Made by a program: the position numbers and the translations under genes. From assembly GCA_001791325.1 (NCBI GenBank), contig MGEK01000023.1, forward strand, positions 4,405 to 68,404: a stretch of DNA of 64,000 nt, given 5' to 3'. Below are positions 18,992 through 29,671 of this stretch, piece after piece (the first letter of the stretch is position 1; every line of letters begins with the position of its first letter). The stretch is from Candidatus Uhrbacteria bacterium RIFCSPLOWO2_01_FULL_47_25. Lineage in GTDB: Bacteria; Patescibacteriota; Patescibacteriia; GWA2-46-9. The notes under the pieces are model-generated. The model saw only the letters and a list, made by a program, of their open reading frames with translations. It made no database searches and was not told the origin of the DNA.

Positions 18992-20035
18992 TTCCTGCGC
19001 GGATGACACCACAATCTCCTTCAAAAGTTCGGGATTGTCTAACAGCAAGCCGGTGCCGCGCACTACGCAAGTCAGAGGATCGTCAGCTACCCGCACCGGT
19101 ATTTGCGTCGCCTCGGCAATGGCTACACTGATATTTCTCAAAAGTGCGCTACCGCCGGTAAGCACGATACCGCGTTCATAAATATCAGCCACTAATTCAG
19201 GTGGGGTTATTTCCAAAATATCCTTAATATGATCAATGATGGTTTTTACTGACCTAGTCATAGATTGACGAATTTGAGTATCATTCACAACCACTTCTTT
19301 GGGCAGTCCGGAAACAAGATCGCGCCCGCGCATAGTGGTTTCCAGTGGCGTCGCCAAAGGACTAGCTGAACCAATCTGAATTTTAATATCTTCGGCCACT
19401 CTTTCTCCCAAAAGCAAATTAAACTGTTCCCGAGCGTATTGCACGATATTCTGATTAAGTTCATCTCCCGCCAAACGCAAAGATTTGGCTGTCACAATAC
19501 CGCCCAAAGAAATAACAGCAATCTCGGTCGTGCCTCCGCCAATATCCACAACCATGCTGGCCGTCGGTTCCTGCACTGGCAAGCGCGTGCCAATGGCGGC
19601 AGCCATTGGTTCTTCAATCAAATAGACGGAGCGCGCCCCGGCTGAGCGCACCACATCTTCAACGGCTTTCTTTTCCACTTCCGTTATTTCTGTGGGGATC
19701 GCAATAATCACGCGCGGACGCGGCAAAAGAGTAAATGCCTCGCGATGCACCCGATCAATAAAATAGGTGAGCATCTTCTCGGTCACTTCAAAATCGGAAA
19801 TAATGCCATCTACCAGAGGACGCGTAGCCACAATATGGGGCGGTGTCTTGCCAATCATGCGCTCGGCTTCACGCCCCACGGCCACAATCTGATCCGTGCG
19901 GGTATTCACGGCCACGACTGATGGCTCGTTGATAACAATACCGCGATCTTTGACATAAATCAAAGTATTCGCTGTCCCCAAGTCAACGCCAATATCGCGA
20001 GAAACGCGACCAAATATATTCTTTAACACACTCAT
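18983..20035 (-). CDS. mreB: rod shape-determining protein MreB
   Basis: Actin-fold motifs DLGTANT, VVDIGGGTTE; full length. Confidence 0.95.
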   Translation of the reverse strand: MSVLKNIFGRVSRDIGVDLGTANTLIYVKDRGIVINEPSVVAVNTRTDQIVAVGREAERMIGKTPPHIVATRPLVDGIISDFEVTEKMLTYFIDRVHREAFTLLPRPRVIIAIPTEITEVEKKAVEDVVRSAGARSVYLIEEPMAAAIGTRLPVQEPTASMVVDIGGGTTEIAVISLGGIVTAKSLRLAGDELNQNIVQYAREQFNLLLGERVAEDIKIQIGSASPLATPLETTMRGRDLVSGLPKEVVVNDTQIRQSMTRSVKTIIDHIKDILEITPPELVADIYERGIVLTGGSALLRNISVAIAEATQIPVRVADDPLTCVVRGTGLLLDNPELLKEIVVSSAQEPR

Positions 20036-20086
20036 GATATATCAAGTCAAAAGTTATAATTCAAAAATAAAAATTACAATTCAAAA

Positions 20087-21367
20087 TTATAAAGTCTTGC
20101 CTATCGGCTGATTGATAAAAGTTTTATATTTGTCAATTTCGCCGATAATATCCTTGACCACTCTCGCGCGCGACGACATACGTTCTTTTAATTCATAAAC
20201 ACCATCCTTTACTGTTTTGTCGCTCACTACCAATCTTAAAGGAAGACCAATTAAATCCGCGTCTTTAAGTTTCACTCCGGCTGACGCATCGCGATCATCA
20301 TAAAGTACATCCAGACCAAGTTTGTTAATTTTTTCATAAAGCGCGTTGGCCTGTTTGACAATTTCTGGCTCGTCGCTAAGGCGCACTAAATGAACTTGAT
20401 AAGGCGCAACAGCAGACGGCCAGCAAATGCCTTCTTTGTCATGATGTACCTCTACAATCGTCCCCGTGACGCGCCCAAGCCCAATGCCGTAACATCCCAT
20501 TAGCACTGGCCTATCCTCCCCTTTCTCGTCTTTGTATGTCAGCTTGAATGGCTCGGAAAATTTTGTTTTCAATGGAAAAATGTTGCCAACCTCAATGGCC
20601 TTCTCAATCTTGAGATCATCTTTGGGGCGACCGCACTCTGGACAAACTTTTTGTTCATCAATAATCTCCCCGTTAACCGCCACACCGCAATGTTCGCACA
20701 AATATATAGTATCTTCCCCAGCTGACGTCAATGTCTGAAACTCGTGCGAATATTTGGAAAAAGTACCGCCTGAAGCAAAGGTAAAAACTGTGCGTTCACC
20801 AATGCCCGTGCGGTTAAAAATTTTTTTGTAAGCATCAGCGACTTTTTTGTAATAAGCATTAAAATCTTCCTCGTTAACATGAAAAGAATATAAATCTTTC
20901 ATCATAAACTCCCGACCGCGCAAAAGTCCGGATTTAGCCCGAAGCTCCATTCTAAATTTTGTCTGAAACTGATAAAGAGCCAACGGCAAATCTCGGTAAG
21001 ACGAAATATCGCGCTTGGCCAACGGCGTGATTATTTCTTCGTGCGTCGCGCCCAGAGCAAAGTCACGTCCGCTGGAATCGGTGAGCTTGTATAAATCATC
21101 AACCGTTTCCCAACGACCGGTTTGTTCCCAGGCCTCTCTCGGGTGAAGCGCTGGCAATAAAAGCTCCTGCCCGCCAATGACGTTTATCTCTTCGCGAATA
21201 ATATTTTCTATTTTATTGAGAACTCGGAGTCCCAGGGGCAAAAATGAATAAACCCCGGCCATTAATTTCTCCACATAACCAGCCTGAACCAACAGGCGAG
21301 CATTTATGCTCTGTTCGTCTTTAGGCGGGTCGCGAAGAGTTTTACCGAATAGTTTGGATTGAAACAT
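20087..21367 (-). CDS. proS: proline--tRNA ligase (archaeal/eukaryotic type, no editing domain)
   Basis: Class II aaRS motifs, C-terminal zinc-binding CEHCG...CPECG typical of ProRS type II. Confidence 0.85.
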   Translation of the reverse strand: MFQSKLFGKTLRDPPKDEQSINARLLVQAGYVEKLMAGVYSFLPLGLRVLNKIENIIREEINVIGGQELLLPALHPREAWEQTGRWETVDDLYKLTDSSGRDFALGATHEEIITPLAKRDISSYRDLPLALYQFQTKFRMELRAKSGLLRGREFMMKDLYSFHVNEEDFNAYYKKVADAYKKIFNRTGIGERTVFTFASGGTFSKYSHEFQTLTSAGEDTIYLCEHCGVAVNGEIIDEQKVCPECGRPKDDLKIEKAIEVGNIFPLKTKFSEPFKLTYKDEKGEDRPVLMGCYGIGLGRVTGTIVEVHHDKEGICWPSAVAPYQVHLVRLSDEPEIVKQANALYEKINKLGLDVLYDDRDASAGVKLKDADLIGLPLRLVVSDKTVKDGVYELKERMSSRARVVKDIIGEIDKYKTFINQPIGKTL

Positions 21368-21375
21368 AAGTTAGG

Positions 21376-21479
21376 AATACGAAATATTCTTACGAAAATA
21401 CGAAAATGTACGAAAAAATGGCTTTTTCTCACGTTGAAACGATATTTCGTATATTCGTAATATTTCGTACGTTCGTATG
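21376..21479. promoter_or_regulatory. array of direct and inverted TACGAAA / TTTCGTA heptamers immediately upstream of proS
   Basis: GAATACGAAATATTCTTACGAAAATACGAAAATGTACGAAAAA ... ATATTTCGTATATTCGTAATATTTCGTACG; same motif family upstream of three other genes. Confidence 0.5.
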
Positions 21480-21558
21480 TTTAAGCTTGTCAAGCTGCAT
21501 TATTGTACGCAAAAATAGAGGGTTTTGTCAAAAAACAAAAACTACAACTGTATCAGAA

Positions 21559-24500
21559 CTAAAAAACCACAATCTGCCCGATCACTGACAAACCGTTAAC
21601 GGTTGGGGCTAGACGCGAAGTGCGGCCCTCGGCCTTGACCAAAGAAAGAATTGACTGAATTGAATCGCCAGTGGCCGCGCCAGTGGCGTCCACCACCACA
21701 TTGAAAGTCAAAGCCTGGCCCGGCTTCAAAGTTGGCCCGCCAGTCAGCAGATTGCCGCCTACTCCCCCGACCGGACTGGCAACCGTACGGGAAACAGCCC
21801 GTCCGTTACTGGCGTCAGTCAGACGCAAATTCTTATACCCGCGCGTGACCGAAAGACCGCTTGATGACGATGTTTCAGTCACTGTTAATTCCGGCACAGC
21901 CACGTCCTCGGCGCTGTCAACAGTCATGGTAAAACTGCCAATGATTGTTGACGCGGTCTTGGCTGTTTGACCGCCAGTAAAATTATTGTTTAATCCAAAA
22001 CTGACTTTGCTTTTTTTGAAAATAATTGCCGGCGTTATGCTATTTTCAAGTTGCACCGGAACCTTGGTTTTGGAAACCGTACCCGTGGCCATCACGTCCT
22101 GCACCGTAAACTGGATAGTTTGACCGTCCACGGCGGTGGTGGTATCTATCACAAGATCAAATCCCGATTCACTGCCAGCGTTGATTTCAGTAGCCAAAGC
22201 AAATATGTGAGGATTGCCGTTCGGAGCAACGATCCCTTTGCCACCTAATTTTAAATTACTGTAGCCATCGCTAAATCTCACGGGAGTCGTGCCCACCGCG
22301 CTCAATGTCACTTGTTCAACTCTTACTCTCTCGCCGGCGCTCGGCTGGAATAAATAACGACCAATCTTGAAATTCTTTACGCCGGCCGGAGCCGATGAAG
22401 ATGGTTTAAAATTAGGATCATGGCGCACCCGCAAGGTTATTTCCTGCACGTCTCGCACTGCCGCTGTTACGGCCGCGGAAAAAGTCAAACGATCGGCGGT
22501 ACCCGGCACCACGAAGCTGGCATTAGACAATTCCACCTGATAACGATCGGCAGTGCTGGCGGCGGCGTCAACATTACCGACAATCTCAATGGTGATAACC
22601 TTGCCGCTCTGAATAGTGGGAGGGTTAGATAAATAAATTGTCTGAACTTGATTCATAACACTCGCGGCGCTGACCGAGCCAATGGCCGATCCTCCCTTAA
22701 TCTTGATGGTCACGCTCTCCGACAAAGGAGTGTAAGGAGCAGCCGTTAAAATCTTCACGCCTATTTTTTCAAACAGCAGCGCCTGCCCAAGCGCCTTAAT
22801 ATCAAAAGCGGCAAGTACGGCATCGCGGGCGCCGCGCGTGATCGCCCCGCTTGGGCTTTGCGCGTTAAGATCAACGAGCACCTTGCCGGGTTCAATGAAG
22901 ATAGCATTAAAGGCACCGTTGGAACGGCCGCCAACTGGGAAGTTCCCATCCGCCGGGCCGGCTCGCGCCGCCAGAGCGTAACCATTAGTCGCGCCCTTGG
23001 CAAAAATATCATAATCATTTTGAATGATAAATTGCGAGGTGTTGTTTGAACCGCCAACGATGTCGGCGCGCAGAGCGATTTCCTTACTCTCGCCGCGGCG
23101 CAGACGATAAGAATTTTTGCCAAAATCAATTAAAATACTGCGGCCGCGAATGGTCGCGTCTTTGGCAATTACTTTATTGGCATCGTCCACTAATTCATAT
23201 TGCCCAAAATCAGAAACCTGACCGTTGCCGAGCTGGGTAAAAATCAGGCGCTCTAAAAGCACATCCTCGGCGCCACCGGCCACAGAAAAACGCCACCGAT
23301 TTAAAATTTGATCAGCTGTGCCAATAACTATATTTCTAGGTGAACTGGCAATAACCACTGAATCAACTGACAATTGACCGATAATTGCCGTAGCCGGCAT
23401 AACGGTATGCGTAGCGCTCGCCAAAGGAAAACTACCGCGCACAACAGCGCTCGCTAAGACTGACGAGGCATCAATAATAGTCAGATAAAAAGTCTTCTGC
23501 GAAACGGCCGTCGTGGAAGCGAAATTAACCATGACGGTTAGAATTCTCGGTTGGCCCGGTACAACCACTACCGGATCGGCCAAGGTGAAACTCGCCACGC
23601 CGTCAGCGAATCTTTGTGGATTGGTCAGTAAAAATCCTTTCTCATCCAACAGGGCCACGCCATCAATCTCTGCATCGCTCATAAAACCGCGCTTGGTAAT
23701 CTTTAAAGAATTGAGCCGCACTAGAGCATCAACGGCGCTTAAATTAATAGTCCAGACGCGATTGCGTATGGTGCCGGCCGGAAAAATAGTGGCGGCAATA
23801 TCCGAACCGGCGCTAATGGTTAACGACGCACCGCCTGCTGGCGGCGAAACTGGCGTTGTCAACTCAAGGGGGCTCGTTATGGCATAACCTTCAAGCGCCG
23901 CCGCAGGTACTGTTAATATTTTAGACCACGAAAAACCTTTGGCCACGAAAATTTCCGGCGAGGGTATAGGCGCTCTGGTTTGCTTTTCTAGATCCAAATA
24001 AAAAACCTTTTGATCACTGGGAGCTCGCGCTAAGCTAGTGTTGGGGTACATGCGAGCATCGGAATTGCTGATTTCAAAAATGTTTTCCCACTTCTCGCCG
24101 CTGTTTATAAAACTCACTTCTGTAGGAAACCAAAATTTTTGACTGCTCGCCTTGTCCAATAAATAAACTCTCGACCCCAACGAAGATTTTATCAACCTAA
24201 CGTTTGGCAATTTGTCCAGCGCCTCGCTTGATATTGTTTCTATTTTTCCGCCCGCGTAACTATATGAACCAAATGAAGTCGGCGAGAGAAAAAGATATTT
24301 GTGCCCGCGTACAACCGCGTAAATACTGGGTGATCCCTTAACCTGCAACAATCGCACTGCCGCCCTATCTAAGAGCGAGGCCGCCCGAACACCGCTCGCC
24401 GTTGTGCCAAAAATAAATAAGGCAACGGCTAGAACTGACGCCGTTATGATAAATCCCGCACCTTTCCACCCCGCCGTTGCGGGGTGGAAATGATTGATTT

Positions 24501-24612
24501 GATATCCCATCGTCCCCGTGGCAACCTGCCTGCCGGTAGGCAGGGACACTTGGGGTATCCGAGAAAGGTGCGGGATAAACGACTTTAATTTTGACGAGTG
24601 GACGAAAAACAT
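21559..24612 (-). CDS. large (about 1000 aa) secreted/surface protein, beta-rich, N-terminal membrane anchor; true start probably the internal Met at ~24510
   Basis: Single N-terminal TM, Thr/Ser/Gly/Val-rich repetitive beta-like sequence; first 35 codons of the ORF-table model overlap a GC-rich repeat. Confidence 0.6.
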   Translation of the reverse strand: MFFVHSSKLKSFIPHLSRIPQVSLPTGRQVATGTMGYQINHFHPATAGWKGAGFIITASVLAVALFIFGTTASGVRAASLLDRAAVRLLQVKGSPSIYAVVRGHKYLFLSPTSFGSYSYAGGKIETISSEALDKLPNVRLIKSSLGSRVYLLDKASSQKFWFPTEVSFINSGEKWENIFEISNSDARMYPNTSLARAPSDQKVFYLDLEKQTRAPIPSPEIFVAKGFSWSKILTVPAAALEGYAITSPLELTTPVSPPAGGASLTISAGSDIAATIFPAGTIRNRVWTINLSAVDALVRLNSLKITKRGFMSDAEIDGVALLDEKGFLLTNPQRFADGVASFTLADPVVVVPGQPRILTVMVNFASTTAVSQKTFYLTIIDASSVLASAVVRGSFPLASATHTVMPATAIIGQLSVDSVVIASSPRNIVIGTADQILNRWRFSVAGGAEDVLLERLIFTQLGNGQVSDFGQYELVDDANKVIAKDATIRGRSILIDFGKNSYRLRRGESKEIALRADIVGGSNNTSQFIIQNDYDIFAKGATNGYALAARAGPADGNFPVGGRSNGAFNAIFIEPGKVLVDLNAQSPSGAITRGARDAVLAAFDIKALGQALLFEKIGVKILTAAPYTPLSESVTIKIKGGSAIGSVSAASVMNQVQTIYLSNPPTIQSGKVITIEIVGNVDAAASTADRYQVELSNASFVVPGTADRLTFSAAVTAAVRDVQEITLRVRHDPNFKPSSSAPAGVKNFKIGRYLFQPSAGERVRVEQVTLSAVGTTPVRFSDGYSNLKLGGKGIVAPNGNPHIFALATEINAGSESGFDLVIDTTTAVDGQTIQFTVQDVMATGTVSKTKVPVQLENSITPAIIFKKSKVSFGLNNNFTGGQTAKTASTIIGSFTMTVDSAEDVAVPELTVTETSSSSGLSVTRGYKNLRLTDASNGRAVSRTVASPVGGVGGNLLTGGPTLKPGQALTFNVVVDATGAATGDSIQSILSLVKAEGRTSRLAPTVNGLSVIGQIVVF

Positions 24613-24680
24613 AACAAACCCCGCACCATAACTTTCTGGCTCATTGCTTTTTTAAAAAGTTTTGTCATAGCACATTCTTA

Positions 24681-25799
24681 TCAAGAAACCAAACGGCGCA
24701 GACTCATTAGCCAGCCGCTAAACGCGCCACCAAAACGCTTTAAGTCAAAATAAGTAACAACCACTACTAAAATAATCAAGACGGTAAAACCCAAACTATG
24801 AATGCGACCCTCTAATTCCGCCGATACTGGCCGGCGTCTAATGATCTCAATAAAAATAAAAAGAAGGCGACCACCATCAAGCGCCGGAAAGGGCAATAAA
24901 TTAATAAAGGCTAAATTTAATGACAATATGGCGACAAACTGTAAAATGTAAATCCAGCCAAGGCTGGAAACTTTGCCAGAAAGAACGGCGATACCAACCG
25001 GACCAGTCACGTCTATCGACGCCGGCGCGCCTCGAAATAACCCAACGACTAATTCACCTAACGTAGTGGCGATCAGGCTGAAAAGTCTGGCCGTCAACCG
25101 TGTTGCTTCCACTGGTGCTTTGTACCAAGGATAAGAAACCGTGGCCGTTGTAAACAAACTAACGCCTATACCATAAACTTCTTGATCGCGAAATTTGAGA
25201 AGTGTTGGCTGAATTGTGACTGTGCGGTATTCTAAGTTGCGCTTAATAACCAGATCAAGTTTGGAATTGGCATGATCGCGAATATATGACTGTAAATCAG
25301 ACAACGAAGCAAAAATCTGTCCATCAATTGACACAATTGCATCTCCGCTCTCCAGAATGCCATCCGCCGGGCTCTGGGGCAGGGTAGCGGCAATATAATG
25401 CTGAACGTCGCTTAAACGCGCTCCAGCCGGCAATGATTCACCTAACTCTTGCGGTAAACCGACAGCGTAACCAATAGTAAATAAAAATACCACCACCGCT
25501 AAATTCATCACGATGCCGGCAACAATTATAACCGCCCGGCGCCAGGGTGACTGAGAAGAAAAGCTGTCGGGTCCGACGACTGTTCGTTCTTCGCCCCGAA
25601 TCCGCACAAACCCCCCCAAAGGAATCCAATTGAAAGAATAAACAGTTTGGCCTAGCCGCTTTTTGAAAATTGCTGGCGGAAAACCAAAGCCAAATTCGTC
25701 CACCGCCACGCCAAACCAACGAGCCGCCCCAAAGTGTCCAAACTCATGCACCAGCACGAGAATGAGTAAAGTAATAATGAAAGTCAAAACTCCAATCAT
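24681..25799 (-). CDS. rseP: RIP metalloprotease RseP (site-2 protease); start probably at internal Met (MIGVLTF)
   Basis: HEFGHF zinc motif, PDZ domain, LDGG motif; the N-terminal 14 codons of the ORF-table model translate an intergenic repeat. Confidence 0.85.
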   Translation of the reverse strand: MIGVLTFIITLLILVLVHEFGHFGAARWFGVAVDEFGFGFPPAIFKKRLGQTVYSFNWIPLGGFVRIRGEERTVVGPDSFSSQSPWRRAVIIVAGIVMNLAVVVFLFTIGYAVGLPQELGESLPAGARLSDVQHYIAATLPQSPADGILESGDAIVSIDGQIFASLSDLQSYIRDHANSKLDLVIKRNLEYRTVTIQPTLLKFRDQEVYGIGVSLFTTATVSYPWYKAPVEATRLTARLFSLIATTLGELVVGLFRGAPASIDVTGPVGIAVLSGKVSSLGWIYILQFVAILSLNLAFINLLPFPALDGGRLLFIFIEIIRRRPVSAELEGRIHSLGFTVLIILVVVVTYFDLKRFGGAFSGWLMSLRRLVS

Positions 25800-25932
25800 G
25801 GATATAAAATTCAAAAAGCAAAAGTCAAAATGGCAAGTCAAAAGTTCTAAGTTCTATGTTCTGGGTTCAAAGCACCACATATATATTAAAGATTATATAT
25901 TGGAGACTAGAGACTGTGGTAGCAGTGGCAGA

Positions 25933-26487
25933 TCAAACTGTTAGAATTTCTTCTTCCTTGCGCTCTCCTAAAACACCAATTTGATCAATATAGTCTTTGA
26001 CCAACTCGTCTAAATCTTTTTGCGCTCGGAAACGATCGTCCTCAGTTATGGTTTTTTCTTTCTCCGCCTTAATTATTTGTTCGCGCGCCTTCTCGCGTAT
26101 CTGGCGCACCTGAATTCTAGCGGCTTCCAATTTTTGATTCATAACCTTAAGCAGCGCCTGCCTGGTTTCAGCAGTCAAAGGAGGAAAGGTGAGCCGAATT
26201 ACCGTACCGTCATTGGCTATGCCCACACTAAGATCAGCTTTCACCAAACTGCGCTCAATATCTTTGATGATTGTTTTATCCCACGGTTGAACAATAATAG
26301 TGCGCGCCTCAGGCACGGTCATACTCGCAAGTTCCTTAAGGCGCATCTCCGAGCCATAGGCCTCAATTTTGATGTCTTCAACCAAACTGGGCGTAGCGCG
26401 ATTGCTACGCACACTCGCGAACTCTGTTTTTAGATGCTCAATGGCTCTATCAAATTCCGACTTGTGTTCTATGATAATCTGCATCAT
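25933..26487 (-). CDS. frr: ribosome recycling factor
   Basis: Full-length RRF signature. Confidence 0.95.
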   Translation of the reverse strand: MMQIIIEHKSEFDRAIEHLKTEFASVRSNRATPSLVEDIKIEAYGSEMRLKELASMTVPEARTIIVQPWDKTIIKDIERSLVKADLSVGIANDGTVIRLTFPPLTAETRQALLKVMNQKLEAARIQVRQIREKAREQIIKAEKEKTITEDDRFRAQKDLDELVKDYIDQIGVLGERKEEEILTV

Positions 26488-26725
26488 AAGTAGAGTAATG
26501 AATTAAAAATACTGAATCGTAAATCATGAATTGAGTTTGATGGTTTTTACTATTCATTATTCTGATTGATAATTCATCATTAATTATTATTTAGAGATTA
26601 GATATTTCCGCCCGAGGCACCGCGCCAGCCGGCGGGCAGGGATCTCAACCCGAGGCTGATATGGGCCTCGGGCCCAAACTTTGAGCTAAAGAGATTAGAT
26701 GTTGGGAATTACGAATAGTATGATT

Positions 26726-27832
26726 TTACTTCTTGCCCGTCCGGGCAACCCCAAGATATTGTGTGGTGGGCACCTTAGGATCAACTAACAATATAGTATG
26801 CGCTCCCGGCACCGGCAAGGTCTTGGTTTCCCAAGTTTTCCCCGCATCCTGTGAACGATAAAGCGTCCTATCCGTAGTGTAATAAAGCTCCGTGGAATTA
26901 TTGGGATTAAGAGCGACCGCGAAAATATCAACAGAAGATGGAGGGGTCAACAACGGCAAGGCCGACCAAGTAGACCCTCCGTCCGTTGTCCTCACAAGAC
27001 CATACTTTGAAGCAGTAATAACCGTATCGGGTCGCATAGGATCCACTACCAAGTCGTTGATGGACAACGCCCCGGGAAATTTTTTTAGATCTTCACTCAT
27101 GTCCTGCCAGGTAGCGCCGCTGTCTTCGCTACGCCAAAATCCACGTCCTTCTATGATGAGATAAATGGTACTCGCCTTTAAAGCATGTTTCACAATACGA
27201 TTAATACGCCCTTGTAATCGGGCTATCGTTTCCCAACTTTTGCCGGCATCAGAACTTTTAAGCACCTCTCCAGTAGTCAGACCAGCATAAATCATCGCCG
27301 GATTCTCCTGATTGATGGCTAAGGTTAACACTTTCTCCTGCAATCGTGTGTCATAATACAACTGATCCCAAAACCGTCCACAATCAGTGGTACGTAAAAT
27401 ACGATTTGCTGTGGCAATATAAATAGTGCAACGCATGCTCGGAGCGCTGGACACGGCTATGGCATTGATATCGCCCTGGCGAATTGGACCAGACGGCCAC
27501 CAACTATCACCTCCATCATAGGAATAGTAAAGACCCTGCCCTTGACTTCCCAAATAAAGGGTACGGCTGTCCGTCGGGTCTAAAATTAATGTCTGCACGT
27601 TAATATTATCAAGGGTCGGACGAGCGGCGGGATTGGCAGATAGAATGCTGTTTCTGGTCACCCAATTATCACCACGATCTATGGATTTATAAATACCGAC
27701 CGGCGGTGGCGGTGGACCTTGTTTCTGACCACCAAATCCAATAAAGTCCGTGATAGAACATCCGCTAAGAAACAAGGTAAGGGGCAAAGCGGCGAATATA
27801 AGGCCCCGATGAATGGTTGTTTTAGTAATCAT
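26726..27832 (-). CDS. BNR/Asp-box repeat lipoprotein (Ycf48-like beta-propeller)
   Basis: Lipobox LSGC; six S-x-D-x-G-x-T/S-W repeats. Confidence 0.7.
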   Translation of the reverse strand: MITKTTIHRGLIFAALPLTLFLSGCSITDFIGFGGQKQGPPPPPVGIYKSIDRGDNWVTRNSILSANPAARPTLDNINVQTLILDPTDSRTLYLGSQGQGLYYSYDGGDSWWPSGPIRQGDINAIAVSSAPSMRCTIYIATANRILRTTDCGRFWDQLYYDTRLQEKVLTLAINQENPAMIYAGLTTGEVLKSSDAGKSWETIARLQGRINRIVKHALKASTIYLIIEGRGFWRSEDSGATWQDMSEDLKKFPGALSINDLVVDPMRPDTVITASKYGLVRTTDGGSTWSALPLLTPPSSVDIFAVALNPNNSTELYYTTDRTLYRSQDAGKTWETKTLPVPGAHTILLVDPKVPTTQYLGVARTGKK

Positions 27833-27857
27833 AAGGGTAAATCTTAAATCCTAAACC

Positions 27858-27940
27858 CATACGAAAGTACGAAATCGGAACGGGCAACTTTCGTACCTTT
27901 CGTATTGTTTCGTAATTTCGTAAGAATATTTCGTTAAGCA
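27858..27940. promoter_or_regulatory. TACGAAA / TTTCGTA heptamer array upstream of the BNR-lipoprotein gene
   Basis: CATACGAAAGTACGAAATCGG...TTTCGTACCTTTCGTATTGTTTCGTAATTTCGTAAGAATATTTCGT. Confidence 0.5.
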
Positions 27941-27999
27941 TAATTGATCGTTGTATTATTTAAAAATTAGAAATTATATTTATGGATTTTCTAACGGGG

Positions 28000-28986
28000 T
28001 TATAAGGTTATAAAAAAATTGTTTAAAGCAAGACGACGGTTGGCATTGCGATCTAGCGCCCATCCTAGCCATTCAAGCATTTGATATCTTGCCAGCCAAT
28101 CTCTCGCCTGCAGTGTTTTAGCCACCTCATCCAAACGGGAACGTAAAAAAGTATGACTGATTAAGCCCGGCTCGCCAATAGACAGTAAAAGCAAGTCACG
28201 CAATAACAATTGCCAATGCGACAAAATACCGTGCCAGTCAGCTAATGACAAATCGTCGTTTTTGGCAATATCTTCAGTGAAAGAAAAACGCGTTTTGAGC
28301 GAACCTTCAAAAAGATCAAAAAATTGTTGACCAGCCGCCTCATAAGCTTTAAGATCAGCTGGCTGTGATCGCCAGCGCAAGGCCAATCCCGGCAACCCAT
28401 TGGACAAAGACGCAAGTTCAGTTGACCGCGAACGATCCAGCCCACTCTCCTGTAAAGCCTTCATGATCAAAGAGCTTGACACCGGCGTGAAGGCACAATG
28501 CTGTAATCGCGAACGAACAGTGGGGAGTAAAGTTTCAACGACTTCCGCAACTAAAAATATTACGGACGCCGACGACGGTTCTTCTAATGTTTTTAACAAG
28601 GCATTGAAACCTGCCTTGGTCAAATAGCTAAGGTCTTCAATAACGGCTATTCGCTCCCGAGCCGTAAACGGCGTTTGGGCAATGGCCGCGATAAAATCGC
28701 GCACCTCTTGAACTCCAATAGAGGAGGCGCCAGCAACTAACCTTAGACGTAATAAATCTGGATGTTCATTACCCTGCCAAGAACGACATGAAACACATTG
28801 ACCACAAGCACCCTTGACGGTAATGTTATGACAAAGCATAGCCCGGCTTAACATCCGTAAGAACGTTCTTTTCCCTATGTGCCGCGGCCCGGAGAATAAG
28901 TAAGCATGGGCACAACGTCCTTCTTTAGCCAGAGAAGCGAAATATCTTTGCCAATGCGGCTGTCCAATAAAACCGTCAAAAATCAT
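28000..28986 (-). CDS. holB: DNA polymerase III delta-prime subunit (HolB)-like AAA+ protein
   Basis: Degenerate Walker A GPRHIGKRT, zinc module CGQCVSCR, clamp-loader fold length. Confidence 0.7.
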   Translation of the reverse strand: MIFDGFIGQPHWQRYFASLAKEGRCAHAYLFSGPRHIGKRTFLRMLSRAMLCHNITVKGACGQCVSCRSWQGNEHPDLLRLRLVAGASSIGVQEVRDFIAAIAQTPFTARERIAVIEDLSYLTKAGFNALLKTLEEPSSASVIFLVAEVVETLLPTVRSRLQHCAFTPVSSSLIMKALQESGLDRSRSTELASLSNGLPGLALRWRSQPADLKAYEAAGQQFFDLFEGSLKTRFSFTEDIAKNDDLSLADWHGILSHWQLLLRDLLLLSIGEPGLISHTFLRSRLDEVAKTLQARDWLARYQMLEWLGWALDRNANRRLALNNFFITL

Positions 28987-29003
28987 GGCTACAGTATAGC
29001 ATA

Positions 29004-29050
29004 TGAATATTCTTACGAAAATACGAAAAGATACGAAAGTACGAAAGAAT
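29004..29050. promoter_or_regulatory. TACGAAA heptamer array in the divergent holB / archease-rtcB promoter region
   Basis: GAATATTCTTACGAAAATACGAAAAGATACGAAAGTACGAAAGAA; same ATTCTTACGAAAATACGAAAA core as upstream of proS. Confidence 0.5.
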
Positions 29051-29124
29051 TTACAACCTTGCGCCTTACGACCTTACGGCTCTATGGCTAAATCCTGATT
29101 CCTGACGCCTAATTCCTATAGGAT

Positions 29125-29532
29125 ATGCCTCACCAAATACTACCACATACTGCCGATGTTAGACTGCTCGTGGAAAACGAAACTGTAGAGGGACTTTTTA
29201 TTGAAGCACTTCAGGGCATGACAGAGATAATGAAGCCTATTGAAGAGATCAATGCCCGGCCGGCGAGCCGCCGCATTTCCCTTAAGGCTGCTGATAGCAC
29301 TGCCCTACTCGTTGACTTTCTTAATGAAGTGCTTTCAATGACTGAAATAAATCATGAAACTTACACTGATATTGTTTGGCAACACTTTTCAGAGCGTCGC
29401 TTAACGGTAAAACTAATCGGCAGAAGCGTCGCTGGTTTTGCCAAAAATATCAAGGCCGCCACCTATCACGAAGCGGACATCAGAAAAAACCCAAAGGGAA
29501 ATTTTGAAACGGTTATTATTTTTGATATTTAA
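29125..29532 (+). CDS. archease (RtcB activator)
   Basis: N-terminal PHTADV motif and about 135 aa length; immediately upstream of rtcB. Confidence 0.8.
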   Translation: MPHQILPHTADVRLLVENETVEGLFIEALQGMTEIMKPIEEINARPASRRISLKAADSTALLVDFLNEVLSMTEINHETYTDIVWQHFSERRLTVKLIGRSVAGFAKNIKAATYHEADIRKNPKGNFETVIIFDI

Positions 29533-29670
29533 CCCCGTTAGAAGTCCGACTTAATATCACCTTAAGAATCTCTTATCTATACCACAATCCATGAATACAC
29601 TAAACACCATAATTACCACCGCAGATAAAATTCTCTTAAGAATTTTATCTGCCAAGGACTTCTAACGGGG
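29533..29670. repeat. TIR element copy C, filling the entire archease-rtcB intergenic space
   Basis: Left TIR starts the nt after the archease TAA; right TIR GGACTTCTAACGGGG ends 1 nt before the rtcB ATG; internal hairpin GCAGATAAAATTC-loop-GAATTTTATCTGC. Confidence 0.85.
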
Positions 29671-29671
29671 T

